Assembly (NCBI GenBank): GCA_019058295.1 | Contig: JAHPZI010000014.1 | Coordinates: 1-64,000, forward strand | Direction: 5' to 3' | Length of the DNA: 64,000 nucleotides | From: Promethearchaeota archaeon | Lineage (GTDB): Archaea; Asgardarchaeota; Lokiarchaeia; Sigyniarchaeales; SOKP01 | Part shown: piece by piece, positions 48,484 through 58,150 of the stretch | Layout: each line of letters begins with the position of its first letter | Numbering within the stretch: the stretch's first letter is position 1 | Notes under the pieces: model-generated | Databases searched by the model: none | Told to the model about the DNA's origin: nothing | What the model saw: the letters and a program-made list of their open reading frames with translations, nothing else | Translations under genes and position numbers: made by a program

Positions 48484-49689
48484 ATGAGCATTCGAATAGA
48501 TGATGAGTTATGTACTGGGTGCGGTTCTTGTGTTGCATCATGCCCCTATGGTGGGATTGAAATAATAAATGATAAAGCGTCTATAACAGAAGAATGCACT
48601 TTATGCGGTGCTTGTGTGGAAGCGTGTGTTGTTGAAGCAATTATTTTAGAACGGGAAGAATTTAAAGGGAAAAAAGTTGATATTTCTCAATACAAGGGAA
48701 TTTGGGTTATAGCAGAACATTACAAAAATAAAATTCATGATGTAGCGTATCAACTATTAGGAAAAGGGAGAGAATTAGCTAATATTTTAAAGGTAAATTT
48801 GAATTTAGTAATATTAGGAGATAATTTTGACAATCAATTGGATGAATTTAGTTATTATGGCGTAGATGAGATAATTTATGTTAAATCTAAAATTTTGAAA
48901 GATTATTATTCTGATTTATATGTGAAAGTATTGACTGAATTAATTAGTAAAAATAAACCGGAAATTATATTAATTGGAGCAACGCCAACTGGAAGAGATT
49001 TTGCCCCAAGAGTAGCAAAAAGATTAAATGCTGGTCTTACAGCAGATTGTACTGGATTAGATATAGATATTGAAACAAGAAATCTACTACAAACTCGTCC
49101 TACATTTGGGGGAAATATAATGGCCACAATCAGAACTCCAAGGAGCAGACCACAGATGGCTACCGTTAGGCCTGGAATATTTAAGACCCCTGAAAAGGTT
49201 AAAAAAGAAATAAAAATAAGAACAATTGATTACGATTTCAAAGAAAAAGATTCAGTTTCAAAAATCGTAAAGATAATCACTAAAGATAAAGTGGAAGTAA
49301 ATCTTGAAGAGGCAGAAATAATTGTTTCTGGGGGAAGAGGTGTTGGTTCTAAAGAAAATTTTAAGATCATAGAAGAATTAGCTACTACTTTAAATGCAGA
49401 AGTGGGAGGATCAAGAGTAGCCGTAGAACTCAATTGGATTGATAATGACCATCAAGTAGGGCAGACCGGAAAAACCGTTTCGCCAAGATTATATATAGCT
49501 TGTGGTATATCAGGTGCAATTCAACACATCGTCGGTATGCAAAATTCTGATATAATAGTAGCAATTAATAAAGATGAAAATGCTCCAATCTTTAAAACCG
49601 CTCATTATGGCATAGTTGGAGACCTTCATAAGGTTATACCTTCTCTTATAAAAGAGATAAAAAAGGTAAGAGCTGAAGAAACAATTTAA
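48484..49689 (+). CDS. etfA: Electron transfer flavoprotein alpha subunit with N-terminal 2x[4Fe-4S] ferredoxin domain
   Basis: CTGCGSCVASCP and CTLCGACVEAC; GLTADC, QVGQTGK and GISGAIQH motifs. Confidence 0.95.
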   Translation: MSIRIDDELCTGCGSCVASCPYGGIEIINDKASITEECTLCGACVEACVVEAIILEREEFKGKKVDISQYKGIWVIAEHYKNKIHDVAYQLLGKGRELANILKVNLNLVILGDNFDNQLDEFSYYGVDEIIYVKSKILKDYYSDLYVKVLTELISKNKPEIILIGATPTGRDFAPRVAKRLNAGLTADCTGLDIDIETRNLLQTRPTFGGNIMATIRTPRSRPQMATVRPGIFKTPEKVKKEIKIRTIDYDFKEKDSVSKIVKIITKDKVEVNLEEAEIIVSGGRGVGSKENFKIIEELATTLNAEVGGSRVAVELNWIDNDHQVGQTGKTVSPRLYIACGISGAIQHIVGMQNSDIIVAINKDENAPIFKTAHYGIVGDLHKVIPSLIKEIKKVRAEETI

Positions 49690-49809
49690 ATAAAAATCTT
49701 TAATTTTTCTTCAGAAAAAATTGAAAAAAAGGAAATAGATTATAAGAAAAAAAAGTAATGGAATGTATTATAGTCATAAGTACATAAACCTTAGTGGAGG
49801 AATAAATTA

Positions 49810-49998
49810 ATGGCTAAAAACATTCCACTACAAGAAGAAAAATTTTCTTCAAAATTATATATATTTTTTCAAGTATAAAAATTTAACTGATAAAGTATCA
49901 ATTTTATGAAAGCTCTATTCGATTATTCTATAAAATAAATTGGTACAACTTAGATTGAGAGTCTCGAAAAACTTCGAGAATTTTTAGATAATAATTGA
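49810..49998 (+). pseudogene. Possible decayed gene (SD + ATG, 22 codons, then stops)
   Basis: GGAGG at 49796-49800; MAKNIPLQEEKFSSKLYIFFQV*, followed by coding-like text broken by stops. Confidence 0.3.
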
Positions 49999-50311
49999 GA
50001 AATAAAAGGAAAATAAACACATAAATTTAATTAAAAAAAAAATTTTTTCATGAAATTCATGGGATAAAAATTACTTTTTTTAAAGCAAATTATCCCAATT
50101 TTTTTACAAAAAAAGATCAAAACCGATATTATTAAAAAAAAATAATAATTTTATTAAGATCTTGATAAGGAAAAAACTATTTTTAAACTATTATTAGATT
50201 GAATTTTTTGAGCTATACCATAATTTTAAATTCATTTAAAATAAATTATTTTTTAATCAAGATTTAATTTCAATAAAAAATCAAATATATTTGTAAAAAG
50301 GTGAGATTATT

Positions 50312-50785
50312 ATGGGTAAAGATGATCCAAAACATATACCTCTGGTAGGATTAGATGCAGATTATGTTGGGCGGTCACCGTGGGATTTTTATAGTTGGGG
50401 ACATATGGCTCTGGGAATCGCGTGTTTTTTGCTCTTATCCTTATTTATAACTGTACCCGAAGCTTTAGGAGGACAAGCTTTAATTCCATGGTGGCTTGTA
50501 ATAATTTTAGTTCTAGTTATATTGCTTGTTTGGGAGGGTTTTGAAAACGTAGTGTTGTGGGGCTTAGGTTGGAAATTTGAAGATCGTCAGGACTCTTTTT
50601 TGAATTTTCTATGGGATATGATCTTTGGTATGGCTACTGCTGCGGTGATGTGGTTATTCCAGTGGATAATAATGGACGTTTTAGGAGCGCTTGGAAGGTG
50701 GTTCTATGTTGCAGGAGCAATTTCGTTTGGCGTAGTTATTTTGGCCTATCTTATTGGATACTCAATGTATAAGAGTCAGGAATAA
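50312..50785 (+). CDS. Membrane protein with putative intramembrane metal site (H...WE..EN...D)
   Basis: SWGHMALG, WEGFEN and WDMIFG in hydrophobic helices. Confidence 0.6.
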   Translation: MGKDDPKHIPLVGLDADYVGRSPWDFYSWGHMALGIACFLLLSLFITVPEALGGQALIPWWLVIILVLVILLVWEGFENVVLWGLGWKFEDRQDSFLNFLWDMIFGMATAAVMWLFQWIIMDVLGALGRWFYVAGAISFGVVILAYLIGYSMYKSQE

Positions 50786-50945
50786 TTTCTACATTTCTCT
50801 TTTCAGATTAAATAATTTATAAATTCGTTTTTTTATTATTTAACTTTTTAATTTTTTATTAAAATCGTCTATTATATATTGGAAAAAATTATAATGTCAA
50901 AATGTTAACTATTTAATTAAGAAATAATAATTCAAGACCTTTCTA

Positions 50946-51746
50946 ATGAATAAAAAAAGATTTTACGAGGCACACACAAATTTTTCTCATAGAACAGTAT
51001 CAGAGTATCTTATTTCTCCAGGTATAAAATGTAAATTTGATCTTTTAAAAGCAAATATTGGCTCAAACATAAATTTTAAAAACGGAATTGATTTGGGCTC
51101 TTCAGGAAATTCATTTTTGTATTTTTTAGGAAATATTGCACATAAATCTACTTACGATATCGCATACTTACCATTAAAGCAATATTCTAAAATTAAATTA
51201 AAGAATTTAGATAATGGAGCTTTAAATCAATTTTGGCATCCTATGTGTGGAGATCTCACGAGATTGCCTTATCGTGATAAAACATTTGACTTCATTAGCG
51301 CTCTTGATGTCTTAGAACATATTAAAAACGATAAAATAGCAATATCAGAAATAAGTAGAGTCCTAAAAGAGAATGGAGTCGCTATTATAACGGTTCCCCA
51401 TAGAATGGAGAATTATACTCATCAAGACCAACTAATAGGGCATTATAGGAGATATGAAATTGAACAAATCTATTCTCTTTTCGAGAAATATGATTTAAAA
51501 AACATAAGAACTTTCGGAGTATATGGAAAATTTATGAAACTTGCTGACATTCAATCAGTTAATCCAAAAAAAACAGAAGAAAATTTAATAAAATTACGAA
51601 ATTGGTATGAATCAAATATTCTTTTTCATAAGTTTTGGGACATAGTAGTTAATATTGGAGCAAAATTAATGAAAATTGACGCGAAATATCATTCACTAAA
51701 AAAAGTAATGAATATTGCGTTTATATTTAAAAAACAGTTATTATAA
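50946..51746 (+). CDS. Class I SAM-dependent methyltransferase
   Basis: IDLGSSG, GDLTRLPY, FD...ALDVLEH, RVLK..G and GHYRRY motifs. Confidence 0.85.
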   Translation: MNKKRFYEAHTNFSHRTVSEYLISPGIKCKFDLLKANIGSNINFKNGIDLGSSGNSFLYFLGNIAHKSTYDIAYLPLKQYSKIKLKNLDNGALNQFWHPMCGDLTRLPYRDKTFDFISALDVLEHIKNDKIAISEISRVLKENGVAIITVPHRMENYTHQDQLIGHYRRYEIEQIYSLFEKYDLKNIRTFGVYGKFMKLADIQSVNPKKTEENLIKLRNWYESNILFHKFWDIVVNIGAKLMKIDAKYHSLKKVMNIAFIFKKQLL

Positions 51747-51762
51747 TAATTCCTTTAATGTC

Positions 51763-52158
51763 TTAATCGTTATAATCGTTTTTCAATTGTTCAAACATTT
51801 CTTTATATTCATCAATAAACTTTTCTTCTTTTGTTTCTTCAATTTTTTCGATCAATTCAATCGATTTCCAGAGAGCCTCAGCTCGTTTCTTAATTTTATT
51901 CAGATAAAATTGTTTATTGAAAGCTCCTTTTGATAAAGTTAAAGTATTTTTCATCTCATTTATGCTGGCCTCCATTTTGTTTTCTACTTCAATTACTTTA
52001 TCAAACACGCCAAGTTGTAATTCTCGTTTTCTCTGTTCTAATTTAATACAATTTTCACACACAATTGTCTTTAAATCTTCGTCTTTATTAACTAAAAAAG
52101 GATTTCCACATCGAGAGCATGGTTTTAATTCGAGTACTGGCATATCCTTGTCGGTCAT
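51763..52158 (-). CDS. Hypothetical Zn-ribbon + coiled-coil protein
   Basis: CSRC...CENC then a heptad-rich helix; ATG 52158. Confidence 0.7.
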   Translation of the reverse strand: MTDKDMPVLELKPCSRCGNPFLVNKDEDLKTIVCENCIKLEQRKRELQLGVFDKVIEVENKMEASINEMKNTLTLSKGAFNKQFYLNKIKKRAEALWKSIELIEKIEETKEEKFIDEYKEMFEQLKNDYND

Positions 52159-52280
52159 TTTAAACCCCAATTAAGTATTTAATTAAGTATTTAATTATCT
52201 TAAATCTTTGATTAATATAATATTTTAAGTGATTTTCCCTTTATTATCTTTTTATTAACATTTAGAAAAATAATAATAAT

Positions 52281-53111
52281 GTGCTAAATTTCTCCATTTA
52301 TATGGAACTTTTATGGCAAATAATTATTTTGCTAATTTTTGGTTTAATTGTTGGGATGATAGGTACTATTGCAGGTATCGGTGCTGGTGTGATTATCGTC
52401 TCAATTTTAACACTTTTCTTTTTTATTCCAATAAATGAAGCAATAGACACATCTACTTTTATAATTTTAATAGCTTCCGGAGCAGGGTTTGTTACATACC
52501 TAAAGCAAGGAAGGACCGATTTGAAATTATCGTTAATATTAGCAGGATTTACAATTTTAGGGAGCTTAATTTGCACAATAATATTTTTAATAATTAAAAT
52601 AGATAATACAGCTTTAAGATTAATATTTGCAACTGTGATGGTAATTACAGGATTAAACATGATATATAAAGCAAAAAAGACACATAAAGATTCAAAAAAT
52701 CAAACTGATGAGAAGGAATTACAAGATTTTTCCTTAAAAGATTTCGATTATAAAGCCAATCTTAAAAAAAGCATCCCGTTATTTATGTTAGCAGGATTTT
52801 TAGCTAATTTAATAGGAATTGGAGGAGGCGTAGTGATGGTACCTACTCTTAATATTGTCTTAGGATATCCAATTCATAATTCAACGGCAATATCAACCTC
52901 CGTTATATTTTTTACAGCAATATTTAATACGATTGTCAAGATAATTGTTGGAAAAATAGATTATTTAATAGGGATAATGATAGGGATTGGGGCTGTTATA
53001 GGATCGATAATAGGAGCAAAAATTTCAAATAAAATGCCAAAAGTCACGCTCCAGAGTTTTGTGGCAGTTATTTTAATTAGTTTAGGGCTCTTGATGTATT
53101 TTAGTAATTAA
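52281..53111 (+). CDS. TauE/SafE-family permease
   Basis: GIGAG and GIGGG repeats; about 8 TM helices. Confidence 0.85.
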   Translation: MLNFSIYMELLWQIIILLIFGLIVGMIGTIAGIGAGVIIVSILTLFFFIPINEAIDTSTFIILIASGAGFVTYLKQGRTDLKLSLILAGFTILGSLICTIIFLIIKIDNTALRLIFATVMVITGLNMIYKAKKTHKDSKNQTDEKELQDFSLKDFDYKANLKKSIPLFMLAGFLANLIGIGGGVVMVPTLNIVLGYPIHNSTAISTSVIFFTAIFNTIVKIIVGKIDYLIGIMIGIGAVIGSIIGAKISNKMPKVTLQSFVAVILISLGLLMYFSN

Positions 53112-53255
53112 AATTCTTATAATATGATTTCCTTAAGGTAAAAAAAAGCTTAAATATTTACAAGTTTAAAATTAAATAAATGTCAGCAGAAAAAAATGAA
53201 TCCAAGTTTATCAGAAGTAGGGATGTTCAATAATTTTTAGAAGGATGCGATTGTT

Positions 53256-54068
53256 ATGTCAAGCAGATTTGGTTTGTTAAGATTAGAATACACTTTTAGC
53301 GTTATAATCCCTATGTTAATGGCTATTTATCTTAATCGCTTAAATCCATTTTATCATCTTGATATCCTTATTGGTTTTATATTTTTAGCAATTACAGGAA
53401 ATACGTGGAATGATGTAATTGATATGAGGGATCCAACTGAGACTGAGACTTTAAAAAGAGTGGAGGGATATCATCCTAAAGAGATCTTTACTATAGGAGT
53501 AGTTAGCTTCACGCTAGGCATCACTTTATTATTAAGAACTTGCATTCAACATTTTCTTAATGCGATTTTCTTAATCATAATCATAGTTTCGGTCTTATTA
53601 TATTGCTTATGGTTAAAACCAATTCCTTTTTTAAATCATATTTCACTGGGTATATCCCACATGCTTTTACCGTATTTTATGATTAAAATTGATGCTGGTT
53701 TGCCATTATTAGATCTTATTACAGAATTGCCATTATTAATCACATTTTTTGCCTTTGCTCTCACGGGTCAATTTGTACATGAAGTAATAGATTCGGATTC
53801 ATTGACGAAACACTTTAGTTTAAGACAATGCCAAATAATAATAATTATTTCTTCAATAATTTCATTTATATTAGGATTATGGGCTTTTATAATTTTAAAA
53901 CAATTCTATTTCTTTCCTTTCGTTTTCCTACCAATAGGTACTATTTATACATTCAGGCGTCCAACTAAATCTACTCAAGGAGTAAAGGATATAGGAATTT
54001 TAATTGGAAATTTCCTATTAATATATTTTATATGTTTAATTACGCTTCAGATGGTCGGAGTAATTTGA
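53256..54068 (+). CDS. UbiA-family prenyltransferase
   Basis: NDVIDMRD and HEVIDSD Asp-rich motifs; LYCLWLKP; multiple TM helices. Confidence 0.7.
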   Translation: MSSRFGLLRLEYTFSVIIPMLMAIYLNRLNPFYHLDILIGFIFLAITGNTWNDVIDMRDPTETETLKRVEGYHPKEIFTIGVVSFTLGITLLLRTCIQHFLNAIFLIIIIVSVLLYCLWLKPIPFLNHISLGISHMLLPYFMIKIDAGLPLLDLITELPLLITFFAFALTGQFVHEVIDSDSLTKHFSLRQCQIIIIISSIISFILGLWAFIILKQFYFFPFVFLPIGTIYTFRRPTKSTQGVKDIGILIGNFLLIYFICLITLQMVGVI

Positions 54069-54185
54069 GTGAAAACTCATTAAACAAGTAATTATCAAAA
54101 ATTTAGAAATATTAATTAAATTAAAAATAAATATAATATATTATAAACTCGACAAAATACTAATTCTTTGAGTTGATTAAATAAT

Positions 54186-54413
54186 ATGGTTAACATGAAA
54201 GATATCGAAAAACTTATGGAGGATTTTATGTTAGATCCAGATGTAAAGTTTGGCGAATTAAAAACATACCTTTTAAATGAATTCGAATGGAATGCAGATC
54301 CCCTGAATTCTCAATTTTATGTTAGAGGACTTCCAATATCAGATGATAGTAGTGTAAGTGAGATGCTAAAAAAGCATTTACCTAATGAAATTATTGTACT
54401 TAAGGAAGTTTAA
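54186..54413 (+). CDS. Small protein, possible beta-grasp (ubiquitin-like) fold without C-terminal GG
   Basis: Pattern FMLDPDVKFGELK...QFYVRGLPISDDSSVSEM...IIVLK; stop codon abuts the next ATG. Confidence 0.5.
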   Translation: MVNMKDIEKLMEDFMLDPDVKFGELKTYLLNEFEWNADPLNSQFYVRGLPISDDSSVSEMLKKHLPNEIIVLKEV

Positions 54414-55466
54414 ATGTATTCCATTAATCCAAAATTTTTTAAAAAATCTAAATACCAAAAGAAAATTAACGATAAAATTTCTCAATGTCTAACCTGTGAA
54501 AGAAAATGTAATATTTCATTAGGAAATTCCGGTTTTTGTCAGACTCGGATAAATAAAGATGGCGAAATTTTTACTATAGTTTTTGGTTGTATTCCTGCTT
54601 TATCTTTTAATCCTATTGAAAAAAAGCCGTTCTTTCATTTTTATCCCGGAACTATTGCTTTAACAATAGGGACTTATGGATGCAATTTTAGTTGTTTCTG
54701 GTGCCAAAATCACCACCTTTCCCATCCGAAACCTTCTGTTTTGGATAGAATAAGGAAGGAAAAACAATTTTTATCACCTGAAAAAGTCATAGATATCGCA
54801 TTAAGAAATAATTGTAAAGGGACGTCGATCTCTTTTAATGAACCTACACTATTATTCGAATATTCTCTTGAAGTTTTTAGATTAGCTAAGAAAGAGGGTT
54901 TATATAATACATATGTCTCGAATGGCTATATGACTGAAGATGTATTAAAAGATTTAGCCAAAGCTGGCCTTAATGCAATAAACATTGATATAAAAGGAAA
55001 TGCTGATATGGTTAAGAGATATTGTGGGACGGACATAGAAAGAGTATGGGAAAACGCTAAATTAGCAAAAAAATTAGGGGTACATGTCGAAATTACTACA
55101 TTAATGATTGAAGGTATAAATTCGGATGAACAGATTATTAATAAGATTGCTGAAAGAATTTTAAATGATTTAGGTGCTGATACCCCTTTTCATATTTCTC
55201 GATTCTTTCCCCATTATAAATCAAATGAACATGGAATAAATACACCTACCTCAATACATCTTCTAAAAGAAGGTTATAAAATCGCAAAAAATACAGGATT
55301 GGATTTTGTTTATCTTGGAAACCTGCCCAATACGGATTATGAGCATACAAAATGTCCTCAATGTTCCAAAATAGTAATTAAACGAGTTGTTTTTGGTATT
55401 GAAGAAATTTGGATAGATTCAGAAGGAAAATGCAAAAATTGTGGCTTTCCAATATGTAGGGTTTAA
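54414..55466 (+). CDS. amrS: AmmeMemoRadiSam-type radical SAM enzyme
   Basis: CLTCERKC, PIEKKPFFHF, CNFSCFWCQN, HISRFFPHY and C-terminal CPQC...CKNC. Confidence 0.88.
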   Translation: MYSINPKFFKKSKYQKKINDKISQCLTCERKCNISLGNSGFCQTRINKDGEIFTIVFGCIPALSFNPIEKKPFFHFYPGTIALTIGTYGCNFSCFWCQNHHLSHPKPSVLDRIRKEKQFLSPEKVIDIALRNNCKGTSISFNEPTLLFEYSLEVFRLAKKEGLYNTYVSNGYMTEDVLKDLAKAGLNAINIDIKGNADMVKRYCGTDIERVWENAKLAKKLGVHVEITTLMIEGINSDEQIINKIAERILNDLGADTPFHISRFFPHYKSNEHGINTPTSIHLLKEGYKIAKNTGLDFVYLGNLPNTDYEHTKCPQCSKIVIKRVVFGIEEIWIDSEGKCKNCGFPICRV

Positions 55467-55537
55467 TTATTTTTAATGAAACTTTTTTAATTCACTAAAT
55501 TTTTTTAGTATTTTGTTAATATAAATCATGTAAAGAT

Positions 55538-58150
55538 TTATCCAATTTTCTCTAATGCTTCAGTAAGAATTTTAGGAATATCCATAATTTTTAAGATATA
55601 CACAATCTCCCCTTTAGTTGTGTCTAATATCCATTTGGCATAACGTTTAGAATAAGATCTTGTATTCACACCAAGCATAAATTTAACTTTTTGATTAACA
55701 TAGGATTGGAGTTCTTTCTTGATTTCTTGTTCCTTCTCGAAAAATTGACAATCCGTTAATAAAAAACAAATCTTCATTTCAGTAGTAGTTTCCTCTAATT
55801 GTTTTGCACCCCAATTTAGAGCTGCTTGAACTCTTGTACCGCCTCTAGCATGCAAATCTAACAATTCGTCTGCTACATCCTCTAAATTCTTCTCATCACC
55901 AAATTTCTTTACTACATGTGTATTTGATTCAAAAAAGCATATTGCCACCTCATCTGCTCGTAAACTACCAATAAGAACCATGACTGCTATTGAGCACGCA
56001 GCTAATTTCATACCGCCCATAGAACCCGAGATATCTAACATAAAGCAAATTGAAACCCTTCCCTTTTCTGTCTCAGCTACCATAAGATCTTCAGACATAA
56101 TCATATCTAATGATTTTCCTTGCATAACAATATTTTCAATGGACGCATCAATATCAATTAAATCCATATCATCACCTTCTATAAAAATGCGAAGCTTATT
56201 AGTAGGTATAAGCCCTTTTTCACCACTACCACGTTGATTTGAAATCATATTAAGAGCTATTTTGATTAGAGCATCTTTCACCAGATTTCTAACAAAGCTT
56301 TTCATTTTAGAGGGAATTTGTTTCCTGCTCATGAACCATTGAATTAATAAGTTATCTCCTGGACCTGCCGTAAGTGATTCAGCTAATTTTTGTTGAGCGT
56401 GTTCTCCAAATTGTTGGGCTTTACTAAATGCTTGTCCTAGGTTATGATGTCCAAGAGCACCCATAGCTTGAAGATTTCCATTACTTAGAGCAGATTGCAT
56501 TAATTCTTGGATCTGAATCCCTGTAAGATTTCCAATATTTTTCATAATGGATGTATAGCGTTGAAAATTTCCTAATTTATTTGCAATCATAGATTTAAGA
56601 AGTTCATAATTCCCTCCTAGTATTTCTAATATTGTGGGTTCTGGAAGTCCTACCTTTATTCCTAATTTAACTACTTCATTTTTATCCAACGAAACATGTT
56701 GGCTAACTAAGGATCGTAAACAATTTTCAAATATTTCTGGTGTTGTGGCAGCCTCTAAAGATTTCATTCCTGCAATTCCGGCATTCTTTTGAAATCTCTT
56801 ACTACACGAATCAAAGACAGCTTGGGATGATAATTGCATTAACTGCATAGATAAATCTGCCATATTATAAGCCGCTTGTCCCTTTTTTGACTGTATATCA
56901 TTCAATTGATCTTGAACGCATTGATCAAGCATTTTTTGCCATTGTGTTATATCAGTTTGCGCTTGAAAAATTTCAGGTAATGTTGGTGTTGAATTATTTT
57001 TACTCCACTGATTAAATAAATCATTTGTTAGGCTTGTATTAAACATTTGATCCATTGTGCGAGTAATATTAAACGCACCACCCATATCTTTGTTTAAACT
57101 ATTTGTCATAGTTTTTTTATGATCGAATTGAGGTATATATTCTAAAACAGACGAAATTTCCATGATATCTAACAAATCTTTAGCTCTCTGGACTAGATTA
57201 TTAGCAAGATTTTTAGCGGCACTTGAATCTAATCCTGCTTCCTTTAAATAACGTGCAGTTCTGGCTGCTGTCCCTACATCTTCGTTTTTCATGATGTCCG
57301 AGAGCGTTTGTTGAAAATTAGGATCGTTCATACAATATTGAGTTGTGGATTTTATCCAAGGAACTGTTGATTGCTTTATAATATTAGATCCCCACCCTAA
57401 TTTAACAGATGAAATTATATCTTTTGGTGAGATTGTGTTTACTTCTCTCATTATTGTCTGTTGAAGATAATCTTTAAGCATTTGAAGAGAATTAAGATTT
57501 TTCCCCAAAATATCTGAATAACCGTTGCGCTGTTCTAATATATCTATTAAACTTTGATAGGGTTCTTCACCTCTAGCTGCTCTATCATAAAGATCATTAA
57601 TAAAATCCATTAAATTTGAAAAATCTTTCAATGTCTGATCTACAATATTTTCCATATCCAAATTATCTAAATCAAGTCCCGAATCAACAAATTCAGATAG
57701 TAATTCATCCATAAAATCTATCTTATCAGAATCATCTTTATCTTGCAGTATTGCTTTTGTGCTGGGAGTGCCTGCTTTTGCAGATCCTTTCGTTTTTGGT
57801 TCTACCTTTTTTGGAAAGATAATATCAAAAGCAATTTGACGCGCAACTTCTTGATCTTCAATGGGGGTTGTTATAACTGCTGCTTTAATAAAATCCTCAG
57901 GTACTAAAGTAACCTTACGATAATACATTGCAGTTAATAATTTTGGTATAGCCACTGCTTGCCGTGTACTTGGTACGTTTAGCAATTTTTTTTGAGTTTT
58001 TCGCATTTGAAAGATAAATTCTACTGTAAATGAAATAGGGGTCCATTCTAAAAGTTGATTTGTACTAAAATCACCGATATTTCCTTTGTCAATTTGTTTT
58101 CCAATCATTTCTACTATTTTATTAATTTTAATGAAATTATGAAACTCCAA
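55538..58150 (-). CDS. Large vWA-domain protein (MoxR partner; start likely ATG 58108)
   Basis: GDDMDLIDIDASI, MIDAS DISGS, GGT and LLTD motifs at the C-terminus; long Gln/Asn-rich helical middle. Confidence 0.85.
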   Translation of the reverse strand: MEFHNFIKINKIVEMIGKQIDKGNIGDFSTNQLLEWTPISFTVEFIFQMRKTQKKLLNVPSTRQAVAIPKLLTAMYYRKVTLVPEDFIKAAVITTPIEDQEVARQIAFDIIFPKKVEPKTKGSAKAGTPSTKAILQDKDDSDKIDFMDELLSEFVDSGLDLDNLDMENIVDQTLKDFSNLMDFINDLYDRAARGEEPYQSLIDILEQRNGYSDILGKNLNSLQMLKDYLQQTIMREVNTISPKDIISSVKLGWGSNIIKQSTVPWIKSTTQYCMNDPNFQQTLSDIMKNEDVGTAARTARYLKEAGLDSSAAKNLANNLVQRAKDLLDIMEISSVLEYIPQFDHKKTMTNSLNKDMGGAFNITRTMDQMFNTSLTNDLFNQWSKNNSTPTLPEIFQAQTDITQWQKMLDQCVQDQLNDIQSKKGQAAYNMADLSMQLMQLSSQAVFDSCSKRFQKNAGIAGMKSLEAATTPEIFENCLRSLVSQHVSLDKNEVVKLGIKVGLPEPTILEILGGNYELLKSMIANKLGNFQRYTSIMKNIGNLTGIQIQELMQSALSNGNLQAMGALGHHNLGQAFSKAQQFGEHAQQKLAESLTAGPGDNLLIQWFMSRKQIPSKMKSFVRNLVKDALIKIALNMISNQRGSGEKGLIPTNKLRIFIEGDDMDLIDIDASIENIVMQGKSLDMIMSEDLMVAETEKGRVSICFMLDISGSMGGMKLAACSIAVMVLIGSLRADEVAICFFESNTHVVKKFGDEKNLEDVADELLDLHARGGTRVQAALNWGAKQLEETTTEMKICFLLTDCQFFEKEQEIKKELQSYVNQKVKFMLGVNTRSYSKRYAKWILDTTKGEIVYILKIMDIPKILTEALEKIG

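Noticed and set aside
52169-52196. 12-bp tandem duplication aattaagtattt
   Set aside because: Only two copies in very AT-rich DNA; not distinguishable from chance or slippage.
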